27,688 bases of DNA, taken from positions 1 to 27,688 of IMG/VR virus record IMGVR_UViG_3300042894_001828, one strand, 5' to 3'. Under the pieces are notes generated by a model that made no database searches, had not been told where the DNA came from, and worked only from the letters and a program-made list of their open reading frames with translations. A program made the translations under genes and the position numbers. Below, piece after piece: positions 1-7,215 of the stretch. Source of the DNA: a virus. Its lineage: Duplodnaviria > Caudoviricetes. The first letter of the stretch is position 1; every line of letters begins with the position of its first letter.

Positions 1-183
1 TGTACATCTGGAGCATTTAAAAATATAGATGCAATTATTAAAGTAAGACTTACTGTAGTTACTGAAGATGTTGTTTGTACTCTTTGTTTTTCAGGAACAT
101 TAAAAGCTGATGTATCTTGTGATACTGGTTCAGGTGGAAGTTCAATAATAGGATTAACTTTAATTGATTGTGATGAATATTAA
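1..183 (+). CDS. 3' end of a Cys-rich, beta-rich hypothetical (probably structural) protein, truncated by window edge
   Basis: Frame 1 is open from base 1 (CTSGAFKNIDAIIKVRLTVV...LIDCDEY) to TAA at 181-183, with the same AT-rich codon style as neighbouring genes. Not in the ORF track. Confidence 0.75.
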   Translation, partial: CTSGAFKNIDAIIKVRLTVVTEDVVCTLCFSGTLKADVSCDTGSGGSSIIGLTLIDCDEY

Positions 184-198
184 AAAATTAAAATAATT

Positions 199-432
199 AT
201 GGAAAAAGTATTAATTTTGATAAAGAATTACCAAAGACCTGTAAGAACTGTTTTATGGTCTGTACTAATTACTATAGCATTTGTAACTTGTCTATATAGT
301 TCTAAACCTTGTAATGAGGGATTTATTACTGAAGCTATATTACTTGCAATGTTTGCTGATATGGGTGTTTATACTATCTCAAGAACTATTGAAAAACTTA
401 AAAATAAAAATACAGATGGGAACCAGGGATGA
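199..432 (+). CDS. Small two-TM membrane protein (holin-like candidate)
   Basis: 77 aa with two hydrophobic segments (VLWSVLITIAFVTCLY; FITEAILLAMFADMGVYTI) and a basic C-terminus. A-rich leader with A at -3. Holin function is inference only. Confidence 0.6.
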   Translation: MEKVLILIKNYQRPVRTVLWSVLITIAFVTCLYSSKPCNEGFITEAILLAMFADMGVYTISRTIEKLKNKNTDGNQG

Positions 433-703
433 TATCAAACAAATAAATAGAGCATTACAATGTGCTTGTGAAAGTAGTGCAGCTACTATTGAAGCAATAA
501 ATAGACTTACACAAGTAACTCAATTATTATATACAACTATATTATATGCTAATTGGAGTACTACTCCAGGTAATTCAATTGATTATACTTATGATACTAA
601 TAATAATGTAACTGTTGCTGAATACTATGAGGGTGCTACTCTTGTATTTACTCAGACTTATACTTATGTTGGAAACAATTGTACAAATATAACTACTACA
701 TAA
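416..703 (+). CDS. Small virion protein with N-terminal helix/coiled coil and C-terminal YD-repeat-like beta-meander
   Basis: Start re-called to ATG 416 (MGTRDDIKQ...) because the 314 start overlaps most of the upstream gene. C-terminus is IDYTYDTNNNVTVAEYYEGATLVFTQTYTYVGNNCTNITTT. Its TAA overlaps the next ATG (TAATG). Confidence 0.7.
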   Translation: MGTRDDIKQINRALQCACESSAATIEAINRLTQVTQLLYTTILYANWSTTPGNSIDYTYDTNNNVTVAEYYEGATLVFTQTYTYVGNNCTNITTT

Positions 704-1968
704 TGTATAGAATTAATCCCTATACAGGAAAACTAGATAATGTTGGTAGTTATCAAAATATTGGTTTTTCTGATACCCCAAACTTTGATGCATTTAGTAG
801 GTTAAGAATTTCAAATCCTCTTACGTTATTTAATGCACAATTGACTTATGACCTTGTACCTCTTTTGTATGAACAAATAACAAATGGAAGTGGAGCAAGT
901 ATATCTCATGATGTTACAAATAGACATGCAGATATTACTTTTTTATCTACTCCCACAGGTGGAAAAGCATATATGCAAAGCTTTGAATACTTACCATATC
1001 AACCAGGTAAATCACAATTAATATTTATAACATTTAATTTTGTTGAGGGAGTATCAAATGTTTTAAAGTTTGCAGGTTACTCTGATGGTATTAATGGTAT
1101 AGAATATCAATTAGATGGTTCACAAAAACAGTTTACTTTGTATTCAAGTACATCACAAGGTAATATTACTAAGTTACAATCAGAATGGAATTTAGATAAA
1201 TTAGATGGTACTGGTCCAAGTGGTGTTACATTAGCAACAGATAAAGTTCAAATACTTGTAATAGATTTACAAGCATTGTATGCAGGTAGAGTAAGAATAG
1301 GTTTTGATATTGATGGTGTTATTGTGTATGCACATGAATTTGTTCATTCAAATCTTATATTGCATCCTTATTTGGCTTATGCAAGTTTACCAGTAAGATG
1401 TGGAATGACATGTACTGCAACAGCAACTACTTCAATGTATTTTCTTTGTTCTGCTGTAATATCTGAAGGAGGTACTGATGATGTTAATCAGTTTGGATAT
1501 ACATTTCAACAAATGAGTGGTTCTGTAAATGTTTTAACATCTAATACTCATATATTAACTTTAAGACCTAAACTCTTATTTAATGGATTAACTAATAGGT
1601 CAAGGGTATCATTTATTGATGTTGAAGTTTATAATGGAGGAAATCAACCTGTAGAATGGCATTTAGTAATTGGTCAAGATTTAACAGGTACTACTACATT
1701 TAATGATGTTAGTGCTTCTTATTCAAGTACAGAATATAATACAGCTGGTACACTAAGTGGTGCTTATGCAGTTAAAATAGATGGTGGATGGGTTCCTGCA
1801 AGTGGAAGTGTAAAGTCAGTTACTAATACTGCAATCAATTCAAGATATCCAATTACATTAAATCAAGCAGGTGCACATAGAACATTAGGTACAATTACTT
1901 TAATTATGAAAAGTTTAAGTGGAACACAAGCATGTAGAGGAGCAGTAAAATTTAGAGAAATCAGATAA
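703..1968 (+). CDS. Beta-rich virion structural protein (fibre/decoration, possibly lectin-like fold)
   Basis: Start re-called to ATG 703 via the TAATG coupling. Contains motifs DAFSRLRISNP, YQPGKSQL, WNLDKLDGTGPSG and GRVRIGFDIDG, which I recognise from a widespread family of aquatic phage structural proteins. T/G/S-rich. Confidence 0.7.
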   Translation: MYRINPYTGKLDNVGSYQNIGFSDTPNFDAFSRLRISNPLTLFNAQLTYDLVPLLYEQITNGSGASISHDVTNRHADITFLSTPTGGKAYMQSFEYLPYQPGKSQLIFITFNFVEGVSNVLKFAGYSDGINGIEYQLDGSQKQFTLYSSTSQGNITKLQSEWNLDKLDGTGPSGVTLATDKVQILVIDLQALYAGRVRIGFDIDGVIVYAHEFVHSNLILHPYLAYASLPVRCGMTCTATATTSMYFLCSAVISEGGTDDVNQFGYTFQQMSGSVNVLTSNTHILTLRPKLLFNGLTNRSRVSFIDVEVYNGGNQPVEWHLVIGQDLTGTTTFNDVSASYSSTEYNTAGTLSGAYAVKIDGGWVPASGSVKSVTNTAINSRYPITLNQAGAHRTLGTITLIMKSLSGTQACRGAVKFREIR

Positions 1969-1981
1969 TAAACATAATACT

Positions 1982-2647
1982 ATGCCATATAAATTAAATC
2001 CATTTACTGGAAATTTTGATTACTATGAAGCAGGAAGTGGTTCTAGTGATTTAGAAACTGTATTAGGAAATGGTAATACATCAGGACCAAATGATATACA
2101 GTTTGATACAACACAAGGTGTTTTGTTTAATAATAGCTCAAGACTCAGAGAAGGTACTATAGATGCATTGCTTGGTGGAAGTAAAGGTATTGCTCAGATT
2201 TGTGCTGTTGGTTATGAGTTAAAGTGGGAAGCAGGGAGATTGTATGTAATGGATGGTAATGGCATCTACATCAGATGGTCTTTATATAACTTTAATATAA
2301 CTCCTACAGTAACTGATGATGTAACATTAGGTTATTTAGTTGGTAGTAAATGGTCTTTAGATAATGGAGATACTTATACATGTACTGATAATACTACAGG
2401 TGCTGCTGTTTGGGAGTCAACAAATATTCTTTATACAATTGAGTTAATGGATGCACTTACTGTAGATTTTTATGCACCTTATGCTTTAAAGATTAACACA
2501 ATAAGCAATATTTTAAATAGTCCTACTACTACAATACTTGATGATGGGGCAGCTTATACACTTACAAATACTATTGCAGTAGGTAGCAAGATAACAGTTA
2601 CAGTAAATACAGCAGCAGTTATTAACTTAAACATTACTAAAGCATAG
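1982..2647 (+). CDS. Mosaic tail fibre/appendage protein
   Basis: N-terminal YKLNPFTGNFD, a LETVLGNGN segment, and a PTVTDDVTLGYLVGSKW...YTCTDNTTGAAVW module typical of phage fibre proteins. Ends in TAG directly abutting the next ATG. Confidence 0.65.
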   Translation: MPYKLNPFTGNFDYYEAGSGSSDLETVLGNGNTSGPNDIQFDTTQGVLFNNSSRLREGTIDALLGGSKGIAQICAVGYELKWEAGRLYVMDGNGIYIRWSLYNFNITPTVTDDVTLGYLVGSKWSLDNGDTYTCTDNTTGAAVWESTNILYTIELMDALTVDFYAPYALKINTISNILNSPTTTILDDGAAYTLTNTIAVGSKITVTVNTAAVINLNITKA

Positions 2648-3472
2648 ATGAAAGCATATATAAAAGCAGGAAATACAAGTTCTAAAATAGGAACTTATAT
2701 AAAAGCTAAGTCATCTTTTGACCCTGATGCACAGACTTTTATTACGGCAGCAGGCATAACAGATAACACTCAGAAAAATGCTATCAATACATTAGTAATT
2801 GATATGAAAGGCTATGGTATTTGGACTAAGATGAAAGCTATATATCCATTTGTTGGTGGTACTGCTACTACTCACAAGTTTAACCTAAAAAATCCTTTAG
2901 ATACTAATGCAGCGTTTAGGTTGGTATTTAATGGTGGTTGGACACATAGTGCTAATGGTGCATTACCAAATGGTACAAATGGTTACGCTAATACATTTTT
3001 TAATACAGATGATGTAACAACAACAGGTTTACAATCTTATGGAGTTTATTTAAGAACAAATCCAACTTTTGCAGTAAATACTACTGAAGCATCAACAGGA
3101 TTGAGAAATGGTATTTATTGGATTAGAGTAACTAATTCATTGCCTACTACTTCAAATATTAGGTCAGGAAATAGGAATGAAAATATTAGTGGGGTTACAG
3201 GTTTAATTGGTCATTCAAGAAGTACAGCAACACAATGGTATGTAAATAATAATTCAACAATTTTAGTTGGTTCTACAACTGCAAGCAGTTCAAGTCCTGA
3301 AACTGTAAATACATTTTCACTTGGTGCATATAATGATTTAGGCAGTATTACTAATTTTAGCACACAACAAATGGCATTTGCATTTTATGGTGAACCTTTG
3401 TTATCGTCTGAAATGACAAATTATTATACAGCTATACAAACATTCCAAACAACTTTAGGTAGACAAGTATGA
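2648..3472 (+). CDS. Putative receptor-binding/fibre-tip protein (possible ConA/LamG-like beta-sandwich)
   Basis: Conserved-looking N-domain DPDAQTFITAAGITD...MKAIYPFVGG...HKFNLKNP, a variable S/T/N-rich middle, and a C-terminal FQTTLGRQV. This pattern is typical of freshwater phage fibre genes. Confidence 0.6.
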   Translation: MKAYIKAGNTSSKIGTYIKAKSSFDPDAQTFITAAGITDNTQKNAINTLVIDMKGYGIWTKMKAIYPFVGGTATTHKFNLKNPLDTNAAFRLVFNGGWTHSANGALPNGTNGYANTFFNTDDVTTTGLQSYGVYLRTNPTFAVNTTEASTGLRNGIYWIRVTNSLPTTSNIRSGNRNENISGVTGLIGHSRSTATQWYVNNNSTILVGSTTASSSSPETVNTFSLGAYNDLGSITNFSTQQMAFAFYGEPLLSSEMTNYYTAIQTFQTTLGRQV

Positions 3473-3687
3473 TATACGTAGGACTTTTAACAGAATCACA
3501 AAAAAATGACCTTGTCGGTCAATTATATGATGAAGACAGCTATTTCAACCCAATACAGGATGCAAATGACGATTGGATAATTTCAGTTGAAGAGATTGAC
3601 CAATGTGTAACTCCTGAGTTCCAATGGGTCAAAGATTTGCCTTTGATTGAATATATACCTAAACCTGAACCTCCATTACATCCATAA
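3469..3687 (+). CDS. Small acidic protein, possible fibre assembly chaperone (paralog 1)
   Basis: ATGA overlap with the upstream fibre gene. Motif FNPIQDANDDWII...WVKDLPLIEY. Confidence 0.7.
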   Translation: MIYVGLLTESQKNDLVGQLYDEDSYFNPIQDANDDWIISVEEIDQCVTPEFQWVKDLPLIEYIPKPEPPLHP

Positions 3688-3701
3688 TAAAAATTTTAAT
3701 T

Positions 3702-3911
3702 ATGTTAGGCGGTATATTAGATGAAGAAGAAAGATTATATTTGTCTGATAAGTTTTACGATGAATATAAGCCATTTACTCCTGTATTAGATGCAGAAGAA
3801 AATTGGATTTTGCCATTGCACCAAATATTTGAAAACAAAAATATAGACTGTTGGTGGGTAAAGCATTTGCCGGTAGTTGAGTTTAAATCACATAATAAAT
3901 TTCAAAACTAA
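3702..3911 (+). CDS. Small protein, paralog of 3469..3687
   Basis: FTPVLDAEENWIL...WVKHLPVVEF aligns collinearly with the upstream protein. Confidence 0.7.
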   Translation: MLGGILDEEERLYLSDKFYDEYKPFTPVLDAEENWILPLHQIFENKNIDCWWVKHLPVVEFKSHNKFQN

Positions 3912-4214
3912 ATGAAATCCTTATTGTTACAAGTACCCCAAGAGATAAGCTATTTAACTAACTATGGCATACTAGGTGTATTTGCTATTATTATGATTGG
4001 TATTATTTACTTTATGGGTAAACAGTTTTTTGTTCTTCATAAAAAGAATGAAACTCGTTTAAAAGAAATAGAAGACCAACTTTTAAAATATGTTTCAGAA
4101 GACAGAAAAACATTATTAGATACAGTTAGTTCTAATAATCACGTTATAGAAAACAATACAGCATTAATGAAAAAGTTACTTACATTAGTTGAAAGATTAG
4201 AAAAGAATAATTAA
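3912..4214 (+). CDS. Single-TM plus coiled-coil protein, holin-like
   Basis: TM segment YGILGVFAIIMIGIIYFMG followed by a charged heptad-like helix, an architecture similar to BhlA/UviB-type holins. Function is inference. Confidence 0.55.
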   Translation: MKSLLLQVPQEISYLTNYGILGVFAIIMIGIIYFMGKQFFVLHKKNETRLKEIEDQLLKYVSEDRKTLLDTVSSNNHVIENNTALMKKLLTLVERLEKNN

Positions 4215-4242
4215 GATTAAGTTGAAACTATGAATAAAAATT

Positions 4243-4275
4243 AAGATATTTGTTAAAATTAACAAATATCTTTTT
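4243..4275 (+). terminator. Perfect 14-bp inverted repeat with T-run; intrinsic terminator or operator-like palindrome
   Basis: AAGATATTTGTTAA (4243-4256), AA spacer, TTAACAAATATCTT (4259-4272). A TTTTT run at 4271-4275 lies immediately before ATG 4276. It sits in the largest intergenic gap of the window. Confidence 0.6.
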
Positions 4276-4992
4276 ATGTTAAACTTAAACGATGTTCAAT
4301 TTAAATTGCAAAATGCATTTTTAGATTTAGAATTTGAAGAAGGAAGACACTTGTACAAAGTAAAAAATAAATTGCTTACTTCTACAACAGGAATGATTAA
4401 ACAACATACTCCTGATTTTAATGAAAAAGAAGCTGCAGGAAATACAGCAAGAAAGTTACAAGTTAAACCAAGTGAGATACTTTTAGAGTGGAAAAACAAA
4501 AGAGAAAAAGCAGCACACCAAGGAACTAAAGTGCACTTGTTTGCAGAAAACTATATTGTTGATAATGAGTTAATTCCAAATTGCAGACAAGAAGAAGCTG
4601 TTAAGAAATTTATACATGAGAATATATTATCAGGTAAATATACAGTATTAACTACTGAACTTAAAATGTATTCTGAAAAGTATAATTACGCTGGTACATC
4701 AGATTTATTGTTATGGGATAATGAACTTGGAGAAATAGTTATTGCTGATTACAAAACTAATTATGATTTAGATAAACAGTATGGTTATCTTTTAGAACCA
4801 TTTAGTTATACTCCAAATACTCCTTATTGTAAGTATCAAATTCAATTGAGTTATTATCAAATACTCTTAGAAGAAATAGAATTGTATGCTAAACAAAGAC
4901 TAATAATTTGGTTAAGAACAGATGGAACTTATGAACTGAGAAATTGTAATGATTTTACTACTATATTAAAAGATTACTTACAACAATGTTAA
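4276..4992 (+). CDS. PD-(D/E)XK superfamily nuclease (RecB/Cas4-like exonuclease fold)
   Basis: Ordered motifs: STTGMI, GTKVH (motif I), E (TTELKMY), AGTSDLL (II), IADYKT (III), YQIQLSYY (QxxxY). No clear four-Cys Fe-S staple. Confidence 0.88.
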   Translation: MLNLNDVQFKLQNAFLDLEFEEGRHLYKVKNKLLTSTTGMIKQHTPDFNEKEAAGNTARKLQVKPSEILLEWKNKREKAAHQGTKVHLFAENYIVDNELIPNCRQEEAVKKFIHENILSGKYTVLTTELKMYSEKYNYAGTSDLLLWDNELGEIVIADYKTNYDLDKQYGYLLEPFSYTPNTPYCKYQIQLSYYQILLEEIELYAKQRLIIWLRTDGTYELRNCNDFTTILKDYLQQC

Positions 4993-5678
4993 TTAAAGAA
5001 GTCATACAAAGAATACAAGCTTTATATTCTAAAGGTGTTAAGTCTGATGATAGCAGATTAAGTTCAAGACATATTTACAGCAAACTTAAATCTACTAGAG
5101 GAAGATTACTTTATGAAAAAGTAAATAAAAGACAATTCATTGCAAGTATTAACTATCAGGTATTGCCTTGTGTAGAACTTGTAAAAGCACCTATATCAGA
5201 ATGTCCTTGTATTCCTCCTCTTGGATGTTGTATATTTAAAACTAAATATCCACTTCCTAAACCAATATCAGGTATAAGTGGACACATTATTAAAAGTGTT
5301 ACATCTTTAGATGGTAATGTAGTGTATTCTGAACTAACCTGGCAAGATAAAAAGTATAAACAGTTTGATAAATATACTTCTCATAAACCTGATTATTTTA
5401 TTTCAGGTGAGTATCTTTATGTTACTGCAAAGAATGATGCAGAAGTAATTAGAATAGAAATACTATTAGAAGACCCAATAGAAGGATATACTTATCCAAT
5501 GTATTGTCCTGTAGTAGATTCTTGTGAATCTGTATTTGATAAAGAGTTTCATTTAGATAACTCAATGTTAGATGCAGCTATTGAATTAAGTACTCAAGAA
5601 CTTATAGCTATGTTTAATCAAGCACAAGAAGATTCATCTAATAATACAAAAGATAATCCAGAACAAACAACTAAGTAA
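4986..5678 (+). CDS. crAss-like tail ring/adaptor protein
   Basis: 230 aa. SDDSRLSSRHIY N-terminus, Cys-rich CVELV..CPC..CC..KYPLPK segment and YF..GEYLYV. Lies immediately upstream of the IHF-like/Ttub/Tstab block, as in crAss-like phages. Confidence 0.65.
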   Translation: MLIKEVIQRIQALYSKGVKSDDSRLSSRHIYSKLKSTRGRLLYEKVNKRQFIASINYQVLPCVELVKAPISECPCIPPLGCCIFKTKYPLPKPISGISGHIIKSVTSLDGNVVYSELTWQDKKYKQFDKYTSHKPDYFISGEYLYVTAKNDAEVIRIEILLEDPIEGYTYPMYCPVVDSCESVFDKEFHLDNSMLDAAIELSTQELIAMFNQAQEDSSNNTKDNPEQTTK

Positions 5679-5680
5679 CA

Positions 5681-6217
5681 ATGAGTAAAGGAAAGGTATT
5701 AGAATCAATACAGACAGCATACAAGAATTATTTTAAGAAATCAGAATTTAAAAGAAAACTTACTAAGCCTGAATATCTTAAATTGTTAAATGGATTCAAT
5801 GATTTTATAATGGAATCTATCTTAAAAGGTGAAACAGTTTATTTGCCAGGCAAACTTGGGGCAGTACAAGTAGTAGGTAAAAAAAGAAATATAAAAGTTA
5901 CTGATTGGGGAATATCAGGGTTATCAATTAACTGGACAGAAACTAAAAAGTTATGGGAATCCTGTGAGAAATCTAAACTACAACAAAAGAAAATATATAA
6001 TTTTAATGAGCATAGTGATGGTATAGGATATAGATTTATGTGGTCAAGAACAGCAGTAACATTAGGTAATAAATATTTTTATACTTATTGTCCTAATAGA
6101 GAAAGTAAAAGAGAGTTGGCTAAAAGAATAATAAATGGAACTGAATATCTAATACTTGAAGGAAGAGATGCTTTACATACTAAATCATTAAAAGCTTTAA
6201 AAGAACGTAAATTATGA
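5681..6217 (+). CDS. IHF/HU-like DNA-binding protein (crAss-type)
   Basis: Basic protein with the HU/IHF-like signature FIMESILKGETVYLPGKLGAVQV, followed by INWTETKKLW and NEHSDG..YRFMW. Conserved position before the tail tubular gene. Confidence 0.75.
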   Translation: MSKGKVLESIQTAYKNYFKKSEFKRKLTKPEYLKLLNGFNDFIMESILKGETVYLPGKLGAVQVVGKKRNIKVTDWGISGLSINWTETKKLWESCEKSKLQQKKIYNFNEHSDGIGYRFMWSRTAVTLGNKYFYTYCPNRESKRELAKRIINGTEYLILEGRDALHTKSLKALKERKL

Positions 6218-7215
6218 GTAATGAAGTTACACCCTATGTATCTGTAAATAGAATACTTGGTAAACTTAGAAGAGATTTTGGTTCATTAGAAAATATAAAT
6301 GAATCAGATGTTATTGAATGGACTGCTGAAGCTTTAGAAGCTATTGGTGCCATTACTCTTTATGAAGAAGCAGTTGCATTTATAGAAGTAAGAAATCATC
6401 AGGCTTCTCTTCCTAATGGACTTCATGCTATTGTACAGGTAATAAGAAATATATGTTGGGATGATATAAGAGAATGTGGTCTTTGTCCATCTGATGTACT
6501 TAACTTATCTGAAGAAGTTTCATCTTTAGCACCACTTCCTGCAGCTATACCTGTACCTATTGATTGTGATGGAAAACCATTACAAGAATATGACTTAGCA
6601 TATTATAGACCATATTTTGATTTAAGAGATGAGGTAGGATATTATGCTTCATCTTATTTGTACAACAAATGTTTTTCAGTTATAAGACTTGCTAACCATA
6701 CATTTTTTAATTCACTTGTATGTTCTAATCCTGACCAGGATAAATTATATAATGCAGGTTCAGGAGTATTTGATGAATACACTATTATAAATGGAGATAC
6801 TATTAGATTTTCTTTTGAGAAAGGTCAGATAGTATTATCTCATGTAAGACAAGTTGTTGATGACCAAGGTTACCCAATGATACCTGACCATTATGCTTAC
6901 ACTACTGCTATTACTAAATATGTAGTAATGAAGTTAATGGAAAGAGAGTTTTATGCCAATAGAGATGGGTCAGTAGGTAAATTACAAAAAGCAGAACAGG
7001 ATTGGCATTGGTATTGTAAACAAGCTCGTAATAGAGCTATGATGCCTAAAGGTGTTGACCAATGGCAGAACATTCTTGAACAAAGACAATATATGTTACC
7101 TCGTATGAATAGGTACTATGGATTCTTTGGTAAAATGTCTAGACCAGAATCTCGTAAATTTAATGACCCTGACTTTAGAAACTATTTTAGAGGATATTAT
7201 AATTCTTATATCTAA
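6214..7215 (+). CDS. Tail tubular/ring protein (crAss Ttub-like)
   Basis: YVSVNRILGKL..D, VIEWTAEALEAIG, A.LP.GL, IRFSFEKGQIVLS, and VDDQGYPMIPD..AYTTAITKY. Coupled to both neighbours by ATGA and TAATG overlaps. Confidence 0.75.
   Translation: MSNEVTPYVSVNRILGKLRRDFGSLENINESDVIEWTAEALEAIGAITLYEEAVAFIEVRNHQASLPNGLHAIVQVIRNICWDDIRECGLCPSDVLNLSEEVSSLAPLPAAIPVPIDCDGKPLQEYDLAYYRPYFDLRDEVGYYASSYLYNKCFSVIRLANHTFFNSLVCSNPDQDKLYNAGSGVFDEYTIINGDTIRFSFEKGQIVLSHVRQVVDDQGYPMIPDHYAYTTAITKYVVMKLMEREFYANRDGSVGKLQKAEQDWHWYCKQARNRAMMPKGVDQWQNILEQRQYMLPRMNRYYGFFGKMSRPESRKFNDPDFRNYFRGYYNSYI

Noticed and set aside
314-415. N-terminal extension of ORF 314..703
   Set aside because: It overlaps the 199..432 gene out of frame and reads like shadow sequence. 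ATG 416 is the more plausible start.
679-702. Upstream TTG start for the 429-aa ORF
   Set aside because: ATG 703 is coupled to the upstream TAA and places the NPYTG motif at the N-terminus, as in the next gene.
2648-3911. Diversity-generating retroelement or invertible tail-fibre switch
   Set aside because: No reverse transcriptase, recombinase, near-identical TR/VR pair or inverted gene copies in the window.
4296-4499. Minus-strand 67-aa ORF
   Set aside because: Antisense shadow of the nuclease gene with no recognisable features.
4276-4992. Cas4/CRISPR system
   Set aside because: No four-Cys Fe-S motif, no other cas genes and no repeat-spacer array. Intergenic space is too small to hold one.
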